Shown here: positions 1 to 9,013 of the stretch, piece by piece
How the letters are laid out: the number at the start of each line of letters is the position of its first letter
Position numbering within the stretch: the first letter of the stretch is position 1
Made by a program: the position numbers and the translations under genes
Source: an uncultured Pseudomonadota bacterium
GTDB lineage: Bacteria; Oederibacteriota; Muellerivitia; Muellerivitales; Muellerivitaceae
Assembly: GCA_963770835.1 (NCBI GenBank)
Contig: CAVYRH010000010.1
Coordinates: 1 to 64,000, forward strand
Direction of reading: 5' to 3'
DNA length: 64,000 nt
The notes under the pieces: generated by a model
The model's input: the letters and a program-made list of their open reading frames with translations, nothing else
The model's database searches: none
Told to the model about the DNA's origin: nothing

Positions 1-1
1 C

Positions 2-2608
2 AACAGCGGGACGAGCCAGGTATATGTGGCCGAATCGGGCATCAATCGCATCCAAGTATTTGATTACCATGGGGTTTTACAAAACGAATGGGGCGTAACT
101 GGGGCGGGGGGAAATGGAAAGTTTTACGGTTTAACGGATGTTGCTATCGACGCAAATGGCAATGTTTATGCCACGGACGACCTTACCGGATTGGTCCAGG
201 TCTTTTCGCCACAAGGCGGATTCATAAAGCAATGGGACGTTACAAATGGGACAAATCTTCTGACGGCGGAATTCGTCGCCGTGGACCCCATTGGACTTGT
301 ATACGTGTCCGATGGGTTTGGGGAAGTCGGGTTATTTGATACGTATGGATCATTGTTGGGTGCTGTCCCCATCGGCGAATCATCCACCAGCGGATCGGAA
401 GGAGTGGCTGTTGGGAATGGTGTTTGGTATGTAACGGACCCGGTAAATGACCTTGTGAATCAATACAACTTCTGCACCCTGCCTATTCCGACAGTCGCTG
501 TATCACCGACCCAGACTTCTACTTTTTCTCCTACGTCCACGCCAACATATGTTTCAACGTATACGCCGACCCAAACGCCAACATTTACTGTGACCAGCAG
601 TACAACCAACAGTCCCACAAACACACCTACAAATACTCCTACTGAAACAACGACAGATACGCCTACATCAACCCCGACAGCCACTCCGACCTCCACGGCA
701 ACCCTCACTGCAACGGATACGCCCACCAATACGGCAACGACCACAAACACCCCAACGGATACCGCCACAAACACGGCCACCAATACTCCAACGAATACAG
801 CAACCGCCACAGCCACTAACACCGCGACCGATACGGGAACGCCGACCCCCACCAATACGGCTACTTCTACTGCGACTTCGACGGCGACGGATACGGCCAC
901 TTCCACGGCCACCAACACTGCAACCTCCACTTCAACTTATACAGCCACGGATACGCCAACCTTAACAACTACTTCAACGCCAACACCTACCACCACCAAC
1001 ACGGCGACTGAAACGGCCACCAATACGGCTACGCCGACAACAACCAATACAGCTACGAATACGGCCACTCTGACAGCGACCTATACGGCCACGAATACAC
1101 CGACGAATACTCCTACCAACACGACAACCAATACAGCGACGAACACATTGACGGCTACGCCCTCAAGTACTCCTACGGGCACGTCTACGAATACGCCCAC
1201 CCTAACACCCACTCTTACAGCCACTTCAACGCCTACGTTTACTGCCACCAACACAGCGACTAACACAGCTACCAACACGGCTTCGCCGACAACAACCAAT
1301 ACCGCCACATCTACCGCTACGATGACGAACACGCAAACGCCGACTTACACGTTCACAAACACCAATACAGCGACTTTGACAGCCACCAAAACCGCCACGT
1401 TAACGCCCTCGAATACGCCCTCTCCGACGCCGACGAAAACTCCAACCAATATATTGACGGCGACGCCATCAAGTACTCCTACGGGTACCGCCACGAAAAC
1501 TGCCACCATTACTCCGACCTATACCAAAACTTCGACACCCACTCCGGTACTTTCCACCGCCACCAAGACTCCCACCCGCACCCCCACGGGCACGTTCACC
1601 AAGACCTTCACCCCGACCTTTACCTATACAAAGACCCTCACACCCACCATCACGCCAACGCCCAGCCCCACCACGGCCTGCGGGACCAACAACACCGCCC
1701 TAGCCCTCTTGGAGGAATACACCAGTTCCTGCGGCTCCAACTCGGTCTACCACCTCTTCGCCGTCGTCAATAACGGGGCCGCCGTCACCCTTTCGGACAT
1801 CACCATCAAATTCTGGCCCTATGACACCTCGGGGGTGAGCCTGGTGGGGCAGATCACCACGGGCGGGTGCGTTTGGAACCCCACCTGCTCCCACAACTTG
1901 ACGGGGGTGTCCATGTCGGCAATTAATTTCTCTCCAGCCTGCGGCCCAACCACTACCCAGATGGCGAACTGGGAAATGACCGTTTCCACGACTGATACGA
2001 CGGTCTTGAGCGGAGGGACCAGTTGGGTGGGCCTCCAAACCCTGGTCAACCGGTCCGACAGCCAGCCTTTCGTGCCGGGAACCTCCTATTGGTACAGCCC
2101 TTGTGTCCTGACCTCGACTTATTCCACCAACAGCCATTACGCCATTTATTTGAAAGGGAACCTGGTGACGGCCTCAGGCGGAGTGCCGCCTTCCTGCCGG
2201 CCTTTGCCGACTTGCACGCCGAAACCGGGTGGAGCCATGCCGATGCTCAAGGGCTCATCGCTGGAAGGCGGCTATACCCCGACGGAAACCCCGACGCCGG
2301 TTCCAACCCGTGGCGCCTTGTTGCAGTCCGTTGTGGCGGCCCCCAACCTTTCCACGAACGGCCAGCCCATCCGGTTCCTCGTGAACTTGAACGGACCCGC
2401 GCAAGTTAGGTTGAGCCTTTTCGCCCTCACCGGGGAACAGGTTTACAGTGCCCAAGCCGGGGGAAGCCAGGGATTGAACACGCTCGTTTGGAATCTCCAA
2501 AACAACGCCCGCCAGTCGACCGCCAGCGGTCTCTATGTCTATGTCCTGCGTGTCAATGACGATTCGTCCCAGGAAATGCGTGTGGGAAAAATCGTCGTCC
2601 TGCGATAG
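2..2608 (+). CDS. Large secreted protein (5'-partial): NHL repeats, about 400-aa Thr/Pro linker, CBM3-like domain, C-terminal FlgD-Ig/T9SS-CTD-like domain
   Basis: Frame is open from base 2. NHL-type repeats (DVAIDANGNVYATD...VQVFSPQGGFI); TPT/TAT linker; CBM3-like 'VVNNGAAVTLSDITIKFW'; tail 'AAPN...LVWN...ASGLYVY...GKIVVLR'. Confidence 0.85.
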   Translation, partial: NSGTSQVYVAESGINRIQVFDYHGVLQNEWGVTGAGGNGKFYGLTDVAIDANGNVYATDDLTGLVQVFSPQGGFIKQWDVTNGTNLLTAEFVAVDPIGLVYVSDGFGEVGLFDTYGSLLGAVPIGESSTSGSEGVAVGNGVWYVTDPVNDLVNQYNFCTLPIPTVAVSPTQTSTFSPTSTPTYVSTYTPTQTPTFTVTSSTTNSPTNTPTNTPTETTTDTPTSTPTATPTSTATLTATDTPTNTATTTNTPTDTATNTATNTPTNTATATATNTATDTGTPTPTNTATSTATSTATDTATSTATNTATSTSTYTATDTPTLTTTSTPTPTTTNTATETATNTATPTTTNTATNTATLTATYTATNTPTNTPTNTTTNTATNTLTATPSSTPTGTSTNTPTLTPTLTATSTPTFTATNTATNTATNTASPTTTNTATSTATMTNTQTPTYTFTNTNTATLTATKTATLTPSNTPSPTPTKTPTNILTATPSSTPTGTATKTATITPTYTKTSTPTPVLSTATKTPTRTPTGTFTKTFTPTFTYTKTLTPTITPTPSPTTACGTNNTALALLEEYTSSCGSNSVYHLFAVVNNGAAVTLSDITIKFWPYDTSGVSLVGQITTGGCVWNPTCSHNLTGVSMSAINFSPACGPTTTQMANWEMTVSTTDTTVLSGGTSWVGLQTLVNRSDSQPFVPGTSYWYSPCVLTSTYSTNSHYAIYLKGNLVTASGGVPPSCRPLPTCTPKPGGAMPMLKGSSLEGGYTPTETPTPVPTRGALLQSVVAAPNLSTNGQPIRFLVNLNGPAQVRLSLFALTGEQVYSAQAGGSQGLNTLVWNLQNNARQSTASGLYVYVLRVNDDSSQEMRVGKIVVLR

Positions 2609-3444
2609 GAAGGGGACCAACTGGCCACCCTCCGCCAGATGTATTCCGAAACGATAGTCAATTCCCGAAATACAAAGGGCCTTCGGCCCGAGTAGAATTT
2701 GGCACTAAGCTTTGCTTGCTTGAGGGCTGGGTACCATCCGGTTGGCGGCCACCGGCCCCACCACGGGGGCCAGCCGGACCCTGTTCCAGTACCAGTTCCC
2801 CCACTACACCACCCGGTTAAGCGACCTTCTGATAGCCAGGGTGTGCTATGCCCAAGAAGAACGGCCCGCTATGAATTCAAAGGAGAAAACGGGGCGGGAA
2901 ACACTCGTGAAATCATTTCAGCAAGGAATGGCAATGGTTTTGGCGATGCTCCATGGAAGTAAAACTTCCGCGCCATGGAAGTCCAAAAATAAAGTTTTCC
3001 CTTTGAATGGGCCTGTTTTTCCTCGCTCCGATGGCGAACCCCCCTATCTACGCATCAAGTGATGATGCTAGAAGCGATAGGGGGGTTCGCCCTCTCCGCG
3101 AGGAAAAACCTAAAAGTATCAAGGACAAGGACTTGATGCGTATTGAAGATTGGTAAGGACAGTAAAAAAGGCAAAAGCAAACATAGAAAACCGAAGTGGT
3201 AGGACGGTATGGAGGTGGCAGGGGTATTCGATGGGGTTCTAGGTAAAGCAAACCTTAGGTGGATTCGTGAGTGTTGGGTGGTGAGTGAAGGGGTTGGGTG
3301 GTAGGAGGAAACGGCGGGGTTGCTGGTGTAGGGTGCGGGTATGAGGAACCAACGGCAAAGACAAACCCTGGAAGTCCCTGGAACCAAGCTTCCTGGAAAA
3401 CCCCCAGGAAGCCTGGTTCCGGTCACCCGTGGGGAGTGTGTTTC

Positions 3445-3768
3445 TTAAACGGTTTTGACGGATAAAAGTAGGACCTCAAGAAGCAGGCAAAAAAACATCC
3501 CACCTAGCCCCAATACCAGGAATAGCCGGATGATTTTGGGACGGTTGGGATCGTTGACGGCGGCTTTACCTGAATACAAGACCCATAGCGAATAGTTGGT
3601 GGTCGGGAAAAGAACGGCCTGTAAACCAATGAGGTGGGGAAGAGTTATGGGGAAAAGGAAAGTGCCGGAAATACAGACGGTCAACACGCAAAAGAGGTTG
3701 GCCGCCAGGACCCTGTTTTTAAGAGGATTGAACATGGATTTAATATCCCCTTGGTTTTCCATACCCAA
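3445..3768 (-). CDS. Hypothetical small membrane protein
   Basis: 107-aa ORF with 2-3 hydrophobic segments; no family recognised. Confidence 0.35.
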   Translation of the reverse strand: MGMENQGDIKSMFNPLKNRVLAANLFCVLTVCISGTFLFPITLPHLIGLQAVLFPTTNYSLWVLYSGKAAVNDPNRPKIIRLFLVLGLGGMFFCLLLEVLLLSVKTV

Positions 3769-4711
3769 GGGAATTTAACACAAAGGGCGGAGGAAGATAA
3801 AAGAAAGTCATGTTTAAGGGGGGAACGCTCCAAGGAAAACCGCCTTGGAGCGTGGGCCTTCCCCCTGGGCCAAGCCGCCCGAAAATCACGGGCGTCCAGG
3901 CCCACCCCTTTCCTCGGGGACGTTGTCCCCAAACCCCGACAAGGGGGAAGTAACCCCCCTTGAACCTCCAAAACCTTCCTTGAAGCGATTGAGGTTTAGG
4001 GAGCCGCTTCCCATCCATTTGCCTTTGGGGACCCCGCCAAGCCGAAAATCCCCTCCCCGTCTTGCTTGCCAGCCAAACTAAGTTAGCCCTCCGGGGGATG
4101 GAATTTTAGAGGCGACAATCCGGGTCGGGGATTTCGGATTGGCACTCCCCAAAGGCGTCTCCCCGCCTGGGCCACGGACAAATGCGGCCCTGGCAGGTCG
4201 CCGGTAAATGGATGGGAGGTTTGAGTCCTCAGTAAGCGCTTTTCCCCCCGGCAAATTTCGGCGTGACATGACAAAACCGCCTCGGTTTGCCGTTGGGAAA
4301 AGCGCCTTCGGGTATCGGGGATTCGTTTGAACCTTCGTTGTGGATCTTAGGTGTAGTTCCTTCCTGAAGTTCAGTCGCAAACCCATAAAGCAGACATAGA
4401 GGTCCGGTAGTTGAGGACTTAGGACGATGGGTAGTTTCGGGAGTCCATCCCGAGGTGCAATAGGGCTTTGTCTCCATGAACCGGCCACCCTTGCAAGGGC
4501 AACTTTTGCGCCAGCCAAAGAAGGGCTGTCACAAAAGTCGAAGGGTGGCCTTTCTTTTCTTCCTTCCGGTTGGTTTCCGCTTTCTTCCAAGCACGGACTC
4601 CCAAAACTCCCGCTTTGCCTTCCCCCTCCCCCCTTGGCTTGTGAGGGGGGAGGGGGAAGGCGGTTTTTTAAAGGCGCAAAGCCTTCAAAAAAATAAAGGG
4701 GGTGATGGCGG

Positions 4712-4861
4712 ATGGAACAGGACACGAAACAGGAAGGGAACTTGGAGGGCTTGGAGCCCCAGGGACCGCCGATCAAGGGAATACAAGCCGGGGGCTGGAA
4801 GGTCACGGACGAGGAGATCGACTTGGTTCTCAAGAAGCTTGAGGAAGGTTGGGGGTTTTAA
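4712..4861 (+). CDS. Small hypothetical protein (49 aa, MEQDTKQEGN...VTDEEIDLVLKKLEEGWGF), absent from the ORF track
   Basis: Purine-rich RBS upstream; its TAA overlaps the AGGAGG RBS of the next gene. Confidence 0.45.
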   Translation: MEQDTKQEGNLEGLEPQGPPIKGIQAGGWKVTDEEIDLVLKKLEEGWGF

Positions 4862-4870
4862 GGAGGGGTT

Positions 4871-5101
4871 ATGGCGCATCCATCTTTTCGGGTCGGCAAG
4901 TTCAAGGTCTTGGGCCGGTATGAAATCCACTTTGGAAGGGAGGAAGGGTTCTTCTTTTACGAGATCGAGGACCTGGAAACCTTGGCCGTGGTGGACGTGA
5001 AGGACGGCTTGACTGAGGGCGAATTCTTGGAAGCGGTGGGATGCGCCATGAACCCGATGGAGTTTTTCGTTTTTCAAAAGCTTGTCCACTCAATCGCATA
5101 A
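4871..5101 (+). CDS. Small acidic hypothetical protein
   Basis: AGGAGG RBS; its stop abuts the RBS of ardC. Confidence 0.6.
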   Translation: MAHPSFRVGKFKVLGRYEIHFGREEGFFFYEIEDLETLAVVDVKDGLTEGEFLEAVGCAMNPMEFFVFQKLVHSIA

Positions 5102-5110
5102 GGAGGGTCT

Positions 5111-5371
5111 ATGAAGCGCAACATCGCCGAGGAAATCACCAGCCGGGTCTTGGAGGACTTGGAGAAGGGAGTCGCGCCCTGGGAGAAGCCCTGGAAGCAG
5201 GGGCGGGGGCTCCCCCTGCCGGTCAACGCCGCAACCAAAAAGCGGTACCGGGGAATTAATGTTTTTGTCCTTAATGCCGCGTCCCGGATTATGCCGCGTG
5301 GCTCCAGGATTCCCGTTGAAACGGGCCCCAAAGCCACGCAGTCATTCGGCATAAAACTTAGAGCTGCTTGA
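5111..5371 (+). pseudogene. ardC: ArdC/DUF1738 antirestriction ssDNA-binding protein, N-terminal fragment truncated after about 54 codons
   Basis: Typical ArdC start 'EEITSRVLEDLEKGVAPWEKPW...PVNAATKKRYRGINVFVL'; similarity stops at 5271, where a RIT-type end begins. Confidence 0.85.
5272..5354 (+). mobile_element. Orphan RIT-type terminal sequence
   Basis: TAATGCCG-N9-TTATGCCG (5272-5296) plus inverted CGGCATAA (5347-5354). Confidence 0.7.
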
Positions 5372-5464
5372 GGTGTAGACATGACCTCAGGGATTTGGTG
5401 GGCTTCCGCCGGGCCGTGTTATTTTTGCTCCTTTGCAGGAAATTCCATCGGGAGGAGCAATGAA

Positions 5465-5743
5465 ATGAGATCACTAGAAGCAGGCAGTGGGCAGGCTGAA
5501 AGAGGGACGATAAATGGTCCCCTTGGTAAAAGGAACGGTTATTTCGTGCCCCGCAAGGTGGAGGTTTTCAGCGACGTAAGGGGGCAGGTCAATCTTTGGG
5601 TTTTTTCGAGGCAGGTGGGCAAGACCGAGCCCATTTCCTTGAGGGTTTCTAGGCAGGACGCGGCCTCTCTTGGAAAGCAACTTCTTGACCTTGGAGGCAT
5701 CCGAAAGGTTTCAAGCTTTGAAAGGAGGAGCCCCCATGAATGA
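5465..5743 (+). CDS. Hypothetical protein
   Basis: GGAGGAG RBS upstream; overlaps the start of the next gene. Confidence 0.55.
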   Translation: MRSLEAGSGQAERGTINGPLGKRNGYFVPRKVEVFSDVRGQVNLWVFSRQVGKTEPISLRVSRQDAASLGKQLLDLGGIRKVSSFERRSPHE

Positions 5744-5993
5744 AACCGTTGAAATCCCCAAGATCAAGAAGGCCGTGCGGGAGGAGGTTTTTTCCCAAGG
5801 GTTCCAAAGGAGGGTCGTCACCAAGGTTTATTTCAGGGACGGCTCCACCCTCACCTTTTCGGGCCAGCTTTCCCGCAAGGAGATCGTCTTTAACGGGTAC
5901 TACCAGAAATGCCGGGACGCGGGGATGGGCGTTGAGGAAGCGGCCCTCTTCGCCGGAAGGGGGCGGGTAGAACCCTTGAAACAAAACTCTTGA
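5736..5993 (+). CDS. Hypothetical protein
   Basis: AAAGGAGG RBS before ATG 5736; followed by a strong hairpin. Confidence 0.6.
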   Translation: MNETVEIPKIKKAVREEVFSQGFQRRVVTKVYFRDGSTLTFSGQLSRKEIVFNGYYQKCRDAGMGVEEAALFAGRGRVEPLKQNS

Positions 5994-6005
5994 GGAAGGA
6001 ACCGG

Positions 6006-6048
6006 GGCTTACCGGCTGGGGGCCGACCCCAGCCGGTAAGCCTCTTTT
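6006..6048 (+). terminator. Probable intrinsic terminator
   Basis: 16-bp perfect stem GGCTTACCGGCTGGGG/CCCCAGCCGGTAAGCC followed by TCTTTT. Confidence 0.6.
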
Positions 6049-6101
6049 ACAAATCGCCGGGGCATTGGAAAGCCCCGGCCAACGTGGAAAGGAGATCAGG
6101 A

Positions 6102-6323
6102 ATGAAATTCACTTTTAACGCCACCCGGAAAAACAAAAGGGGCTTCCCCATTTTGATTCACCAGCTTTGCGATGAATTCAGGAATTTTTACCGGGCCAAA
6201 ACCTTCGCCATGGGCTTGGCAAAAAGGTGGGAATGGCCCGTTGAAATTTACTCAGAAGGGGTATTGTTGGAGGTCGTTGGAACCCAGCCGGATAAGCCCG
6301 CGGGGAACGAGGCCGGAAAATGA
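6102..6323 (+). CDS. Hypothetical protein
   Basis: AAAGGAG RBS; ATGA overlap with the next gene. Confidence 0.55.
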   Translation: MKFTFNATRKNKRGFPILIHQLCDEFRNFYRAKTFAMGLAKRWEWPVEIYSEGVLLEVVGTQPDKPAGNEAGK

Positions 6324-6514
6324 ATCCTTTAACGAATGAGGAGGAAAGGGAACTTGCCGCCGCCCAATTGGAGGCTTGCAAGAACATTCCCGACCAATTG
6401 GCGAAGATCAACGAGAGTTTGGGGCTGGTCAACACGAACCTGGAACGGCTGGCTTTGTGGTTTGAGAATTGGGCTCCCATGAGAGGTGCCGCCAAAAAAG
6501 TGAAGGGCCCATGA
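6320..6514 (+). CDS. Hypothetical protein (short coiled coil)
   Basis: ATGA translational coupling on both sides. Confidence 0.55.
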   Translation: MNPLTNEEERELAAAQLEACKNIPDQLAKINESLGLVNTNLERLALWFENWAPMRGAAKKVKGP

Positions 6515-6584
6515 AACCCGTTAAGCCTATCCCCAGGAAGGAGAGGCCCGGAAAGATGGGGTTTGATAACGACTACTTCTTCCA
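6511..6584 (+). pseudogene. 5' part of a small Cys-rich gene split by the RIT element (3' part at 14241-14370)
   Basis: ATGA-coupled start; joining 6584 to 14241 restores a 67-codon ORF. Confidence 0.65.
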
Positions 6585-6764
6585 TTATGTGAAGCTTCAC
6601 ATAACTAGTGTTATGTGGAGTGTTTAATTATGTGGAGTACGCTCCAAATTGCCTTCATTTCTTGTTAATCATCCAGGGATTCACCCTTTTTCACTTCACA
6701 TAATTCAAGTTGGTAGACTGCTTTTCCTCTTCAAATTTGAGAGAGGAGAAAAAGGAGCACTACC

Positions 6765-8012
6765 ATGCTTGAAACCTATTACAAAACAAAAAGGACATTG
6801 GCGGATTACCGCCGAGGGCCACTGGGTCCTCATTTCGATGGATTCGCGGCTTATCTCAAGGAAAGAGGTTATTGCACTTCATTGGCGATAGATACACTTA
6901 GCCGTTGTTGTGCCTTCAATTATTTTCTTATTGAGAAAAGAATTTCTTCGTGCCGGTTAATCCGATCATCACTCATCAAACCATTCCTGACCTACTATCT
7001 GCCGGACCCTCAAAACATCAGGAATGAGCGTCCGAAATATCTTGTGACGAGAGCAATTCAAAAATTATTCGCTTATTTGACCGATGAGGGGGTCGTAACT
7101 GAAAAACCAGTTATCAAACCATATAACTGGATGCTTGAACCCTATTTGAAAATTTTGAAGGAGGACTACGGGCGTACGGAACTTACCATTGAAAGAACGC
7201 GCAAAAGGCTTTCCCTTTTCTTGGAGGGTATAGGAAAAAAAGTTCGCCCAAAACGGATGAAATCCCTCAAAGCTATTGACATCGAAGATTACGTCAAAAA
7301 GCATTTGCATGAAAGTCCAAGCAACTTGAGGCAATTAGCAGGCACACTGCGTTGGTTCCTAAGGTTCTGCGCCCGTCAGAAGTACACTACTGACGATTTA
7401 TCCGGTGTGATTCCATCCATTCCATCCTACCGTTTAGCCAGCCTGCCACAAGGGATTGAGGAATCCAAGTTACAACGTATCCTCAATGTGGTTTCCCGTT
7501 CCACTCCAATTGGTTCCAGGGATTACGCCATTCTGTTGGCCATGATGGCTTACGGCGTCCGGGGAACCCAAGTTGTGGAATTGTTGTTGGAAGATATCAA
7601 CTGGGAACGATCCACCATCCGTATACGCGCAAGAAAAGGCGGCAAGGAAGTAGAGCTTCCCCTTTTGGAATCGGTGGGCGAAGCCATCTTGGCTTACTTG
7701 CGGCACCGTCCAAAAAGTCCATTCCGAAATGTATTTCTTTCAGTTACAGCCCCCCATGCCCCGTTGAATTGTCAAACCGTAAGTTACTTGGCACAAACCT
7801 ACATGGCTAAGGCCGGAGTGAAGATTCCCGGCGGGGGCGCAAGAACGTTCCGCCATTCACTAGCCATCCGGGCCTTAGCGCAAGATAGTCCGATGAAGGC
7901 TATCGCCGACATCCTTGGCCACAGGTATCTGAACACAACCTTTATTTATGCCAAAGCCGATCTCAAAACCCTTCGCCAAGTGACAATGCCGTGGGTGGGG
8001 GTGCAATCATGA
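6765..8012 (+). CDS. Tyrosine recombinase, RIT subunit A
   Basis: 'GPLGPHFDGFAAYL' N-terminus, 'GSRDYAILL', 'YGVR', 'FRHS', 'ILGH...TTFIYAK'. Confidence 0.92.
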   Translation: MLETYYKTKRTLADYRRGPLGPHFDGFAAYLKERGYCTSLAIDTLSRCCAFNYFLIEKRISSCRLIRSSLIKPFLTYYLPDPQNIRNERPKYLVTRAIQKLFAYLTDEGVVTEKPVIKPYNWMLEPYLKILKEDYGRTELTIERTRKRLSLFLEGIGKKVRPKRMKSLKAIDIEDYVKKHLHESPSNLRQLAGTLRWFLRFCARQKYTTDDLSGVIPSIPSYRLASLPQGIEESKLQRILNVVSRSTPIGSRDYAILLAMMAYGVRGTQVVELLLEDINWERSTIRIRARKGGKEVELPLLESVGEAILAYLRHRPKSPFRNVFLSVTAPHAPLNCQTVSYLAQTYMAKAGVKIPGGGARTFRHSLAIRALAQDSPMKAIADILGHRYLNTTFIYAKADLKTLRQVTMPWVGVQS

Positions 8013-9013
8013 AAACTTATATTTTTCACAGTCCGGTGGCCGCGAGGTTGCAAGCCTTTTTGGATATGCGTCGCGCATACGGATGGAAAGCAGTCGCGCT
8101 CCCCAAAAAACTTCAATATATCGACAAATTTCTTGCGACCGTACTTAAGCCAGGACAGACCATCACACATGAGATCGTGAATCGGTGGTTCAAAAGCATT
8201 GAGGGACTTGCCGTTAACACTCGAGCCGCCCGGATTACTGTTTTTCGGCAATTTTGTCGTTATCTCAAAAATTTCGAGCAGGGGACATTTCAGATCCCAT
8301 ATGGCCTTTCGCCTAAGCAGACACGACCGATTCCCTATATCTACACAAAGGGTCAAATCCGAACCATTTTGGCCTCGATAAAGCGAATTGGGCCCAAAGG
8401 TTCTTTCCGTCCTGTCGTGATCTCAACTCTCATCGGATTGCTTTACAACGCCGGGTTGCGTATTAGCGAAGGATTGAAGTTGACATTGGGGGATATTGAC
8501 CTCAAACGAAGGTTACTTTTGGTCCGGCAAACCAAGTTCAAAAAGTCACGCTTGGTACCGCTTTCCATTTCCACCGTTCGAGTTTTGCGTTCCTACCTAG
8601 GCCGACGGCGGGCGGCAGGATTTTCCACCAATAAAAGCTCACCGGTTTTTATCCATCCTACTCACGATGGCAATGGGAAGTCTTACGAGCAATGTTTCAT
8701 TCGACAAATTTTTCGAAGAATCACGCGTAAAAAGAAAATCCGAGGGTTGGCAGGAAGGTGGGAACCGAGGATTCACGACTTGCGACACAGCTTTGCCGTT
8801 CATCGTCTAGCCAAATGGTATCGGGAAGGAGCCACCATTTCGTCCAAGCTTCCCCTGCTGTCAACCTATTTGGGCCATTCCAGCCTTACCGGTACGGAAG
8901 TTTATCTACGTGCCACCGCTGAACTTCTTTCAGAGGCCAACAAGAGATTTTGGAACCATTGCGCTTTACCTTGCGTGACCGGAACTCGAAAGGAGGCTGC
9001 CCATGTCCACTAA
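8009..9013 (+). CDS. Tyrosine recombinase, RIT subunit B
   Basis: 'GLRISE', 'TKFKKSRLVPL', 'IHDLRHSFAV', 'LSTYLGH...TEVYL'; ATGA overlap with subunit A. Confidence 0.92.
   Translation: MKTYIFHSPVAARLQAFLDMRRAYGWKAVALPKKLQYIDKFLATVLKPGQTITHEIVNRWFKSIEGLAVNTRAARITVFRQFCRYLKNFEQGTFQIPYGLSPKQTRPIPYIYTKGQIRTILASIKRIGPKGSFRPVVISTLIGLLYNAGLRISEGLKLTLGDIDLKRRLLLVRQTKFKKSRLVPLSISTVRVLRSYLGRRRAAGFSTNKSSPVFIHPTHDGNGKSYEQCFIRQIFRRITRKKKIRGLAGRWEPRIHDLRHSFAVHRLAKWYREGATISSKLPLLSTYLGHSSLTGTEVYLRATAELLSEANKRFWNHCALPCVTGTRKEAAHVH

Noticed and set aside
460..1680. Val/Ala/Gly-rich minus-strand ORFs (also at 21450-22010 and 28092-28910) and repeat-like DNA
   Set aside because: Antisense shadows of Thr/Pro linker codons (ACN); not genes and not a CRISPR or DNA repeat array.
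2699..2716. TTGGCAC...TTGC resembling a sigma54 promoter
   Set aside because: GG-to-GC spacing is 11 nt rather than the required 10.
2742..3062. 106-aa ORF and overlapping short ORFs in 2.7-4.8 kb
   Set aside because: No recognisable motifs or good RBS; the region is dominated by hairpins and low-complexity sequence.
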